A DNA stretch of 60,738 nt, filler included. It is 4 parts of 4 records of this genome, joined end to end, with 100 filler letters (N's around TTAATTAATTAA, not from the genome) between each part and the next. Parts side by side here need not be neighbours in the genome. Positions count along the whole stretch, not along the records: positions 21,486 to 39,548 come from DRR723986_8230; 3 more parts are not named here. The stretch is one strand, 5' to 3'. Of the stretch, positions 26,559 to 35,532 are shown piece after piece. Under the pieces are notes generated by a model. The model ran no database searches, was not told where the DNA came from, and saw only the letters and a list, made by a program, of their open reading frames with translations. Numbering within the stretch: the first letter of the stretch is position 1; each line of letters starts with the position of its first letter. The position numbers and the translations under genes are program-made.

Positions 26559-28373
26559 ATGTTCCAGACCTTTGACGATCTCAGTGATCCTTCCTGTGGT
26601 GCGCCGCATGCGGCGCTTCTCAGAGCCGAACTCTCCCGCCGTGGTCTTGACGGCTTTCTCGTGCCGCGCGCCGATGCGCATCAGGGCGAATATGTGCCGC
26701 CGCATGATTGCCGCCTCCAGTGGCTGACAGGTTTTACGGGATCTGCCGGCATGGCGGGGGTTCTGGGGGAAGAAGCCGCGATTTTCGTTGACGGCCGATA
26801 CACCATTCAGGTGCGTGACCAGGTCGACATGGCGGTCTTTCCGGCGCGCCATCTTGTCAATGAGCCCGTGACCGACTGGCTGGCCGAACGACTGCAACCG
26901 GGGCAGAAACTGGGCATCGATGCCATGCTGCACACGGTGCGAGAGGTTCGCCGTCTCGAGGAGATTTGTGAGTCGGCCGGCGCCACTTTGGTCAAGCTGA
27001 ACGACAACCCGGTTGACAGTGTCTGGAAGGACCGTCCGGAGCCGCCGCTTGGTCAGGTTTTTCTCTATCCGGTTGAGCTTGCCGGACGCGGTGCAAAGGA
27101 CAAGATTGCCGAAATCCAGTCGGCCCTCGCAGACAAGAAGGCGGATGCCTGCGTGCTGACGCAGCCCGACTCGATTGCCTGGCTGTTCAACATCCGTGGG
27201 TCTGACGTCAACCATACGCCGTTGCCGCTCTCCTTTGCCACGGTTCCGGCAGAAGGCAAGCCGTCCCTGTTCATTGATGGCCGCAAGTTGTCCAATTCCG
27301 TTCGCGATGCACTCGCCGATCTGACGGACCTCAGTGAACCGGCTGATTTCAAGCCGGGGCTGGAGGGTCTCGGCAAGGCTGGTGCCAGGGTGATGATTGA
27401 TCCGGGCCTGGCGGGGGTCGGCATCGCCGACGCCATCACCAAGGCAGGTGGAACCTTGCTGGAAGCGCAAGACCCGATCCTGCTGCCGAAGGCGATCAAG
27501 AACGAGACGGAACTGAAAGGCGCGCGCACCGCACATGTCCGCGATGCAGCTGCTTTCGTCAATTTTCTGTGCTGGTTTGACGAAGTTGCCCCCAAGGGCG
27601 ATCTCGATGAGATCACCGCTGCGGAAAAGCTTGAACAGTTCCGCCGGGAAACCGGTGTTCTAAAAGATATTTCCTTCGACACGATTTCCGGTGCGGGCCC
27701 GAACGGGGCGATTTGCCATTACAGGGTCAGCCGGTCCAGCAATCTCAAGATCCCGGTCGGCAAACCGTTCCTGATCGATTCGGGGGCCCAGTACGAAGAC
27801 GGTACCACCGACATCACCCGCACACTTGCGGTCGGGGAAGTCGGCACGGAGATGAAGAAGCACTACACGCTGGTGCTGAAGGGACATATTGCGATCTCGA
27901 CGGCAAAGTTCCCGGAAGGCACCACGGGTGCGCAGCTCGATACGCTTGCCCGGATCGACCTGTGGAAGGCCGGTCTTGATTTCGACCATGGCACCGGTCA
28001 CGGCGTCGGTGCCTACCTCAGCGTTCACGAAGGACCACAGCGCATTGCCAAAACCGGCACGGTGCCGCTGAAACCGGGCATGATCCTGTCGAATGAGCCG
28101 GGCTACTATCCGGCGGGCGAATACGGCATCCGGATCGAAAACCTGGAAGTCGTCACGCCTGCGCGTGATTTGCCGGGTGGGGAACGCCCGATGCTCGGCT
28201 TCGAAACGATTACGCTTTTGCCCATGGATCTTCGGTTGATTGAGCCTGCTCTGTTGACGGTGGCCGAGCGCGACTGGTTGAACCGGTATCATGAGAGGGT
28301 CCGGGCCGAGATCGGCCCCCTTGTGGGCGCGAAAGAGCGGATCTGGCTGGAACAGGCGACAAAAGCGATCTAA
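26559..28373 (+). CDS. Xaa-Pro aminopeptidase (aminopeptidase P, M24B)
   Basis: LTGFTGSAG, DGRY, DSGAQY.DGTTDITRT, HGTGHGVG, HEGP, NEPGYY, GIRIEN. Confidence 0.95.
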   Translation: MFQTFDDLSDPSCGAPHAALLRAELSRRGLDGFLVPRADAHQGEYVPPHDCRLQWLTGFTGSAGMAGVLGEEAAIFVDGRYTIQVRDQVDMAVFPARHLVNEPVTDWLAERLQPGQKLGIDAMLHTVREVRRLEEICESAGATLVKLNDNPVDSVWKDRPEPPLGQVFLYPVELAGRGAKDKIAEIQSALADKKADACVLTQPDSIAWLFNIRGSDVNHTPLPLSFATVPAEGKPSLFIDGRKLSNSVRDALADLTDLSEPADFKPGLEGLGKAGARVMIDPGLAGVGIADAITKAGGTLLEAQDPILLPKAIKNETELKGARTAHVRDAAAFVNFLCWFDEVAPKGDLDEITAAEKLEQFRRETGVLKDISFDTISGAGPNGAICHYRVSRSSNLKIPVGKPFLIDSGAQYEDGTTDITRTLAVGEVGTEMKKHYTLVLKGHIAISTAKFPEGTTGAQLDTLARIDLWKAGLDFDHGTGHGVGAYLSVHEGPQRIAKTGTVPLKPGMILSNEPGYYPAGEYGIRIENLEVVTPARDLPGGERPMLGFETITLLPMDLRLIEPALLTVAERDWLNRYHERVRAEIGPLVGAKERIWLEQATKAI

Positions 28374-28443
28374 AAGATCCTGAAGGCCGGTTTCGACCGG
28401 CCTTCCTATTTTGAATTCTTGTTTATCGAGCTGAGGTTTTTCA

Positions 28444-29478
28444 ATGCGCGCCGCGGATGTTCTCAAGATGCCGCTCTACGCTGCCGAGCTGGCAACCGGA
28501 GCCAAGTCGTTTCGGGACAACCCGCTGATTGGCAGCCGCCGGCTGAACGAGGCCGGGTTGCACGCCAAGCGCATCAAGCTGGCGGAATCCATGGCGGATT
28601 CGCGCCGCCGCAGGTTGGAGCACCTGCTGCCGGAAGCTGATCGCGCTGCTTATGCAAGAGACGGATTTATCGCCACCCGCAATCTTCTGCCGGAAGATGA
28701 ACTGGCGGCGCTGCGTAAGGAAGTCGAAACAACGCGCTTCGATGCCTGGGACATGCGCCAGGGCAATGCCGTCACGCGGTTCGTTCCCCTGCCGCCCAGT
28801 GTGCTTGCAGATTTGCCGCATCTGAAGGCCTTCGTCTGGAGCAAGCCGTTCCAGAACGGTCTGCGTTATGTCGGTTCGACCAATGGTGATCCACTGGTCT
28901 ACCTGCATATCGTCATGACCAATCCGGACACCAAGCGGAAGGCTGACCCGCAAACGGCGTTCCATTCCGACACCTTCCACCAGACCGCGAAATCGTGGTT
29001 CTTCCTCTATGACATCGATGATGCGGAGGGACCGTTCACGTATATTCCCGGATCGCACCGGCTGACGCCGGAACGGCTGGAATGGGAACGTGAACAGAGC
29101 CTGTCGGCCTGTGGCGACAAGAATACGCTGCATGCTCGTGGTTCCTTCCGCCTTGCTCCGGAAGAACTGGGTCGGCTGAAATATCCCGAGCCGGTGAGAT
29201 TCGCGGTTCCCGGCAACACGCTGGTCGTTGCCGATACCCACGGCTTTCATGCCCGTGCCGCCAGTAAGCGGCCGTCGGTACGCGTGGGCATTTATGGCTC
29301 GCTGCGTCGAAATCCATTCCTGCCGTGGGCGGGGCTTGACCCGTTCGATCTGCCAGGCCTCAGGGGGCGCCAGGCCCGGTTCTACATGGCCCAGAAGGAT
29401 CTGCAATTCCGCCTGAAAGGCAAGGCATCGCATCGCTATTCGGGCAAGATCCTGGTAACGGAACCTTCGAAATTCTGA
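28444..29478 (+). CDS. Phytanoyl-CoA dioxygenase-like (Fe/2OG) protein
   Basis: H.D motif (FHSDTFH), GPF.Y.PGSH, DT.GFH. Confidence 0.85.
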   Translation: MRAADVLKMPLYAAELATGAKSFRDNPLIGSRRLNEAGLHAKRIKLAESMADSRRRRLEHLLPEADRAAYARDGFIATRNLLPEDELAALRKEVETTRFDAWDMRQGNAVTRFVPLPPSVLADLPHLKAFVWSKPFQNGLRYVGSTNGDPLVYLHIVMTNPDTKRKADPQTAFHSDTFHQTAKSWFFLYDIDDAEGPFTYIPGSHRLTPERLEWEREQSLSACGDKNTLHARGSFRLAPEELGRLKYPEPVRFAVPGNTLVVADTHGFHARAASKRPSVRVGIYGSLRRNPFLPWAGLDPFDLPGLRGRQARFYMAQKDLQFRLKGKASHRYSGKILVTEPSKF

Positions 29479-29520
29479 CCTTGCGGACAATCCTGCAGGC
29501 GGAATTCCTGCTGGTGTCCG

Positions 29521-31185
29521 TTAGTGGTGCTCTTCCTCGTTGGCCTTGATCAGCTCCGAGTTGAAGTGATTGAGCGCCTTTACGTGGCGCGCCTGTCCGA
29601 CGATCCTGGTTGCATCTTTGGTGCTGACGACGGGAAGCGAGGCTTCTCCGCAGGAATCGAAGCTTTTCAGTGCGCTTTCAAGCGAGTCGGTATCATGAAG
29701 GTAGCTGCCGTCCTGACCGGGCCGGAAAATGCAATCCTCCTCATTGGCCGGGGGAGGGTCCATGAAATCCTTCACCTTGACCGTTTCTCCCAGAAAGCGG
29801 TGGATGCCGTCATTCACGAAATAGCCGCGCAAGCCAAGCAGCCAGTGGAAATAGGATTTGCCATGAACGGCCTGTGTCAGGCCCGTTGCAATCGACACGG
29901 TCAGCAGCAGGGCGATCGAGAGCGTGTAGCCGCCGGTCAATTCGAAAACGATCATGGTTGTTGAAAAGGGCGCGCCGAGAACCGCTGCTGCAACGGCCCC
30001 CATTCCCAGGATCGCGTAAAGCCCCTCGCTTGAAGCCAGTTCGGGAAAGACGGAGGCGGCAATCAGCCCGAAGGCGCCTCCGGTCATTGCCCCCAGATAG
30101 AGCGATGGCGAGAAGATGCCGCCGCCAAAACGGGACGCCAGCGTGATCGCGGTCGCGGCCGTTTTCGCAAACAGCAGAGCGAACAGCATCGCCAGGGGCA
30201 ACTGGTCCTTGAGGGCAGCGTCCGTGGTCTCGTAGCCGACGCCAAGTACGTCGGGAAAGACCAGAGCAATGAGCCCGACCGCGAAACCGCCGATAACAGG
30301 TCGCAGCCAGACCGGCATCGAAATGTTGCGGGCAACCCAATCCGTTCCGATCAATGCAAACTGGAACAGGATTGCAACGAGGGCGGAAACCAGGCCCAGA
30401 AGCGCAAAGGCCGGAAATTCCCAATAGGAGGTAATCTGGTGTCCCGGGATCACGAAGGCGGCAACGTCGCCGAACCAGAGCCGGGAGAAAACGGTTCCCG
30501 TAACGGCGGCAATCGCGATGGGCGAAATGGCCGACATCGCATAGTGCCCGAGAATGACCTCATGTGCGAACAGAACGCCTGCGATAGGTGCGTTGAAAGA
30601 GGCGGACACCGCACTGGCAACGCCGCAGGCCAGCAGAATGCGATGCGCGGAATCCGGCAGCTGAAACAGGCGCCCGACCGATGCACCGATGGTTGCTCCC
30701 AGGTGCACGACGGGGCCTTCACGCCCGGCACTGGCGCCGGAGCCGAGCGATAGCGCCGTGATAAGGGCTGATGATATGCCCGGCCAGAACGGCAGCCCGC
30801 GTCCGCCCTTGACACGAGCCTCGATCACGTCCGCCACGCTGAACGTTCTCTGCATCGGTTGCATGTACTGAAGCAGCAGGCCAACCAGCAATCCGCCAAT
30901 GGTGGGCCCGGCAACGATCATGTACCACGGAAGTGTCGCGGCGGCGCTGACGACACGTTCCGTCGCCGTGCCGAGCCAGGGCAGCTGCACCAGGCTGATG
31001 ATCTCACGGAAGATAATGGCCGCCCAGGAGACGAAAGAGCCGATCAGAAGGGCCAGCAGCCAGACGATATGGCTTTTCTGACGCAGAAATTCCCTGAAGT
31101 TGAACCCGATGCCAGCGAGAAGCCCGGCGATGCCGGAACGAATGGAAGGGGCGAGCCTGTAAAGAAAGTTCAATCGGTCTGGCAT
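29521..31185 (-). CDS. ClC-family chloride channel/antiporter with CBS-like tail
   Basis: GREGP, FNAPIAG, GGIFSP, FELTG. Confidence 0.92.
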   Translation of the reverse strand: MPDRLNFLYRLAPSIRSGIAGLLAGIGFNFREFLRQKSHIVWLLALLIGSFVSWAAIIFREIISLVQLPWLGTATERVVSAAATLPWYMIVAGPTIGGLLVGLLLQYMQPMQRTFSVADVIEARVKGGRGLPFWPGISSALITALSLGSGASAGREGPVVHLGATIGASVGRLFQLPDSAHRILLACGVASAVSASFNAPIAGVLFAHEVILGHYAMSAISPIAIAAVTGTVFSRLWFGDVAAFVIPGHQITSYWEFPAFALLGLVSALVAILFQFALIGTDWVARNISMPVWLRPVIGGFAVGLIALVFPDVLGVGYETTDAALKDQLPLAMLFALLFAKTAATAITLASRFGGGIFSPSLYLGAMTGGAFGLIAASVFPELASSEGLYAILGMGAVAAAVLGAPFSTTMIVFELTGGYTLSIALLLTVSIATGLTQAVHGKSYFHWLLGLRGYFVNDGIHRFLGETVKVKDFMDPPPANEEDCIFRPGQDGSYLHDTDSLESALKSFDSCGEASLPVVSTKDATRIVGQARHVKALNHFNSELIKANEEEHH

Positions 31186-31435
31186 TTGGTCGGCGTGACT
31201 CAACTGAGATTAAAAGCCAATCTGAATTACGGCCCCATTTTACGGAGGAACCGCGTCACTTCACCGTCAAAATTGAAAAAATCCGGCTTGTCCCTTGATT
31301 TTCATGTGTTCAGGTTTATGGAGAGGGGGTCGAAGCCTTCAGGCCATGTCGCCATCCCGGTCGCCTAGACCGGCTGTTTTGGGCTCCGGCAAATCGCCAG
31401 AAGTAGCCCTCTCAGCCAAGAAGTGTTGGCCTGCC

Positions 31436-33250
31436 ATGTCCGTTGTTGAACCGTCCGATACCCCGTCACTGTCCGGTGATGGCTCCCCAGACGCGCGCGA
31501 AGAGCGCGTATTTTCTGTGCCCATGTTGTGTCTTGTGGCGTTCTTTATCGGGATCGTCGCAGCCATTGGCGCGGTTTTCTTCCGATATCTGATCTCGGTC
31601 GTTCACAATCTTTTCTACTACGGAAAATTTTCGACCGTTTACGACGCCAACCAGTTTGCCGATGCCAGTCCGCTTGGCGCTCTGGTCATTCTCGTACCCG
31701 TCGTTGGCGGTTTGATCGTGGTGTTCCTGGTGAAGACCTTCGCTCCGGAGGCCAAGGGACACGGCGTGCCGGAGGTGATGTTCGCGGTCTACCACAAGAA
31801 GGGCGACGTTCGCGGCGTGGTGGCGCTGGTGAAATCCTTTGCCTCTGCGATTTCCATCGGAACCGGTGCATCCGTCGGCCGCGAGGGGCCAATCATCCAG
31901 ATCGGAGCTTCCTTCGGTTCGACGATCGCCCGGGCGCTGCATCTGCCGCGCTGGCAAAAGATCACGCTGCTTTCTGCTGGGGCAGGGGCGGGGATTGCCG
32001 CCACCTTCAATACGCCGCTTGGCGGGGTGCTCTTTGCTGTCGAGATGCTGTTGCCCGAGGTCAGCAACCGGACATTCCTGCCCGTGGTCGTTGCCACGGC
32101 GACAGCCACATACGTTGGCCGGATTGCCTTTGGTCTCGACCCGGCCTTTATCGTGCCGATCTCCGCGGAAGAGGCTATCGAAGCCATCGCGCCGATCCAG
32201 CTGGGCGCCTATGCACTGCTCGGTGTCCTGGCCGGCATTGCCTCCTGGGCTTTCATTCGCACGCTTGCCTGGTGCGAGGACCTGTTCCCCAAGCTCCCGG
32301 GCAATGATTACACCCAGAACATCATCGGCATGCTGATCATCGGCACGCTCAGCTATGTCCTGATGCTCACCACCGGGCATTACCACACCGCAGGTGTTGG
32401 CTATGCCACGATCCAGGATATCCTGAACTCGACCCCTTACACATTCATACTGCTGGCTGTTCTCTTCATTGCGAAAATCATCGCGACATCGATCAGCCTT
32501 GGTGCGGGGGCCTCCGGCGGTGTCTTCTCGCCGTCGCTGTTTATCGGTGCGACGCTTGGCGGCATGGTCGGTGTCCTGTGTTCCTACCTGTTCCCGGACA
32601 GCGGATTTACAGCGGTGGAATTCGCCCTTGTTGGCATGGGAGCGCTCGTGGGCGGTGCAACCGGCGCATCGATGACTGCTATCGTGATGATCTTCGAGAT
32701 GACCCGGGACTATAACGTCATCGTGCCGCTGGTTCTGGCGGTCGCGATTGCGGTTGGTGTCCGGCGCTGGCTGATCAAGGACAACATCTACACGGTCAAG
32801 CTGCGCCATCGCGGCAAACCGATCCCGCTCAACCGGCACACCAACATGTATCTGGTGCAGCCGATCAAGGAAGTGATGGCAAAGAACTTCGTGATCCTGC
32901 CGCTCGATACGCCTGTCCAGGAAGCGATTTCCGCCGTGAGTGCCGATGGCGGATCCCACATCATCGCGTCCGACGGGCCCCGGATTGCCGGCTTTGTGCG
33001 CCTCGGCACCATTCCTTACCAGGCCGACCGGTTCGCCGGGCAAACGCTGCGCGCGATCCTCTCAAACGATTTCGTGATTGCACCGGCAACCAACATCATG
33101 AATTCGGTGATCACGCGCATGAACAACCGCAACCGCAGTTGCGCGATCATCGTGTCGGGGGACGGCCGTATTCCGCGGCCGGATGATGTGGTCGGGGTGG
33201 TCGATTCCAAGGAAATCGCCGGCGTCGTCGTCTCCAACCACTACGGCTGA
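31436..33250 (+). CDS. ClC-family chloride channel/antiporter with CBS domains
   Basis: GHGVPEV, GREGP, FNTPLGG, GGVFSP, FEMT, IYT.KL. Confidence 0.92.
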   Translation: MSVVEPSDTPSLSGDGSPDAREERVFSVPMLCLVAFFIGIVAAIGAVFFRYLISVVHNLFYYGKFSTVYDANQFADASPLGALVILVPVVGGLIVVFLVKTFAPEAKGHGVPEVMFAVYHKKGDVRGVVALVKSFASAISIGTGASVGREGPIIQIGASFGSTIARALHLPRWQKITLLSAGAGAGIAATFNTPLGGVLFAVEMLLPEVSNRTFLPVVVATATATYVGRIAFGLDPAFIVPISAEEAIEAIAPIQLGAYALLGVLAGIASWAFIRTLAWCEDLFPKLPGNDYTQNIIGMLIIGTLSYVLMLTTGHYHTAGVGYATIQDILNSTPYTFILLAVLFIAKIIATSISLGAGASGGVFSPSLFIGATLGGMVGVLCSYLFPDSGFTAVEFALVGMGALVGGATGASMTAIVMIFEMTRDYNVIVPLVLAVAIAVGVRRWLIKDNIYTVKLRHRGKPIPLNRHTNMYLVQPIKEVMAKNFVILPLDTPVQEAISAVSADGGSHIIASDGPRIAGFVRLGTIPYQADRFAGQTLRAILSNDFVIAPATNIMNSVITRMNNRNRSCAIIVSGDGRIPRPDDVVGVVDSKEIAGVVVSNHYG

Positions 33251-33325
33251 GGCCATCGGTTCGGATGTCAGCCCGTGGAGTGGTTTGCCGCTCCACGGGC
33301 TTTCGTTTTCGCGTCGATCAGTTGC

Positions 33326-33865
33326 TCAGGGCTTCTTGCGGATCTCGATATGGCGTCCCGCCCGTTCCGGGCGCGGCAGACTGGCATGAGCTTGCGACAG
33401 GGCCGTCAGGTTGGCCGCAATGTCCTCCGGCCAGGGAGCGACCTTGCGGGCGTTCATGTCGACATGAAGACTCAGTTGTTCTGATGTCGCCGACAGCCAG
33501 CCTTCCTCGGCGTGGCGCAGTTCCTGATAGAAATGCGCGCGCTTGGCGTCGAAATCGACAAGCTGAAGCGTCGCGATCACCTTCATGCCGGCGCTGAGTT
33601 CGCGCAGGTAGCACACATGCACCTCTGCGGTGAAGAACGAGCCACCACGGGTCTTCACATAGTCGGGACCCATGCCGAGACGGTGAAAGACCTCATCGAC
33701 AGACGTATCGAACAGGACGTTGTAATAGGCCATGTTCAGATGGCCGTTGTAATCGATCCAGTCGTCCTTGACCGTCATGATTTCGCTTTCCACCGGCTTT
33801 GCGTCCCAAGTCACCTTCACAATCCTCCTTGCGCCATTGTGTCCAACCTTGCGGGAAATGCCCAT
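33326..33865 (-). CDS. Hotdog-fold thioesterase (4HBT-like)
   Basis: WIDYNGHLNMAYY..LFD; true start probably further downstream. Confidence 0.88.
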   Translation of the reverse strand: MGISRKVGHNGARRIVKVTWDAKPVESEIMTVKDDWIDYNGHLNMAYYNVLFDTSVDEVFHRLGMGPDYVKTRGGSFFTAEVHVCYLRELSAGMKVIATLQLVDFDAKRAHFYQELRHAEEGWLSATSEQLSLHVDMNARKVAPWPEDIAANLTALSQAHASLPRPERAGRHIEIRKKP

Positions 33866-33947
33866 TAGGCTTTGACCTTTCGGGCCGGGGCTAACATATT
33901 CGGTTTTTTACCGCGCAGACAAAAGCGCGGCCCCAGGAGGAAAGAGA

Positions 33948-35372
33948 ATGCCGGAATTGGCAACCGCGTCCGACGGAGCGCAAGTCCTTGAAAAGAATGG
34001 CGCGATCGGTGCTGCCATCGAAAAGCTGACGGGCCTGTTCAAGGACCGTTGCTCCACGTCCATGGCTCTGCGGGAACAGCATGGCCACACCACCACCTGG
34101 TTGAAGAATCAGCCGCCCGATGCAGTTGTCTTTGCGGAGACGACCGAGGAAGTTGCCGAAGCCGTCAAGATTTGCGCAGCTCACAAGGTTCCCGTGATCG
34201 CGTTCGGCACGGGGTCCTCGCTTGAAGGGCATGTGAATGCACCGTTCGGCGGCGTTTCCATAGACCTGTCCCGCATGAACAACATTCTGGAGGTCAATGC
34301 GCAGGATCTGGATTGCCGGGTCGAGGCCGGGGTAACGCGCAAGCAGCTCAACAGCTTTATTCGCGACACCGGCCTGTTCTTTCCGATCGACCCGGGGGCG
34401 GATGCCAGCATCGGCGGCATGGCGGCGACCCGTGCATCGGGCACCAACGCCGTTCGATACGGCACGATGAAAGATGCAGTCCTCGGCCTCACCGTGGTGA
34501 CCGCGGACGGACGGATCATCAAGACGGGTGGCCGGGCGAAGAAGTCCTCGGCGGGTTATGATCTGACGCGGCTTTTTGTCGGCTCGGAAGGCACGCTCGG
34601 CATCATCACCGAGTTGACCTTGCGCCTGAACGGTCAGCCGGAAGCAATTTCCGGTGGCGTCTGCCCGTTCCCGGATGTGGCGTCCGCCTGTAATGCTGTG
34701 ATCACCACCATCCAGATGGGTCTGCCTGTCGCGCGTATCGAGCTTCTGGATGAAGTTCAGGTGCGCGGCTGCAACATCTATTCCAAGCTGGATCTGCCTG
34801 AAACTCCGACGCTTTTCCTTGAGTTCCACGGATCTGAAGCCGGCGTGCAAGAGCAGTCGGAAACTTTTTCGGCGATTGCCGAGGAGTTTGGCGGCGGGCC
34901 GTTCAAATGGGCGACGGCGGCCGAGGACCGGACGAAACTTTGGGCAGCCCGGCATGACGCCTATTGGGCGGGCAAGTCGCTGAAGCCTGAAGCCAGCATC
35001 ATGGTGACGGATGTGTGTGTGCCGATCTCGCGGCTTGCGGACTGCGTTGCCGCCACGGCCGAGGATATCCGCAACGAAGGTTTCCTGGCGCCGATCGTTG
35101 GGCACGTGGGTGACGGTAATTTCCACGTTCAGATCCTGGTCAACCTGGACGATCCGGAAGAAAAGCAGCGGACGGAAGACTTTGTCGGACGGCTTGCGCT
35201 CAGGGCGATCGCCATGGGGGGGACCTGCACCGGCGAACACGGTGTCGGCCAGGGCAAGCAGAAATACATGGCCAAGGAACATGGCGAGGCGCTTGACGTG
35301 ATGCGCGCTGTCAAACAGGCGCTCGATCCTGATAATTTGATGAATCCCGGCAAGATCCTGCCGCAGTCATGA
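33948..35372 (+). CDS. FAD-linked oxidase (D-lactate dehydrogenase/GlcD family)
   Basis: G.GSSLEG, PIDPG, SAGYDLTRLFVGSEGTLG, GHVGDGNFH, GEHGVG, DP.N.MNPGK. Confidence 0.93.
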   Translation: MPELATASDGAQVLEKNGAIGAAIEKLTGLFKDRCSTSMALREQHGHTTTWLKNQPPDAVVFAETTEEVAEAVKICAAHKVPVIAFGTGSSLEGHVNAPFGGVSIDLSRMNNILEVNAQDLDCRVEAGVTRKQLNSFIRDTGLFFPIDPGADASIGGMAATRASGTNAVRYGTMKDAVLGLTVVTADGRIIKTGGRAKKSSAGYDLTRLFVGSEGTLGIITELTLRLNGQPEAISGGVCPFPDVASACNAVITTIQMGLPVARIELLDEVQVRGCNIYSKLDLPETPTLFLEFHGSEAGVQEQSETFSAIAEEFGGGPFKWATAAEDRTKLWAARHDAYWAGKSLKPEASIMVTDVCVPISRLADCVAATAEDIRNEGFLAPIVGHVGDGNFHVQILVNLDDPEEKQRTEDFVGRLALRAIAMGGTCTGEHGVGQGKQKYMAKEHGEALDVMRAVKQALDPDNLMNPGKILPQS

Positions 35373-35532
35373 TATTGTATCGAATCAGTTCAATAAGCTC
35401 GTTTTGCTCCGCCGGACGCCGCAGGGCAGCGATCCGGCCGGCGCCGGAAATCCTGTGTTTGCACTGCAGCAGGGATCGGCTACATCTATCCGGTACGATA
35501 TCCGGTGACTTTGGAGAACAAGGAGACAAGGC

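Noticed and set aside
31466-35282. Long antisense ORFs (e.g. 31466-33043, 33891-35282; also 5924-7264, 26502-27536)
   Set aside because: Shadow frames of well-supported genes in high-GC DNA, with no motifs or RBS.
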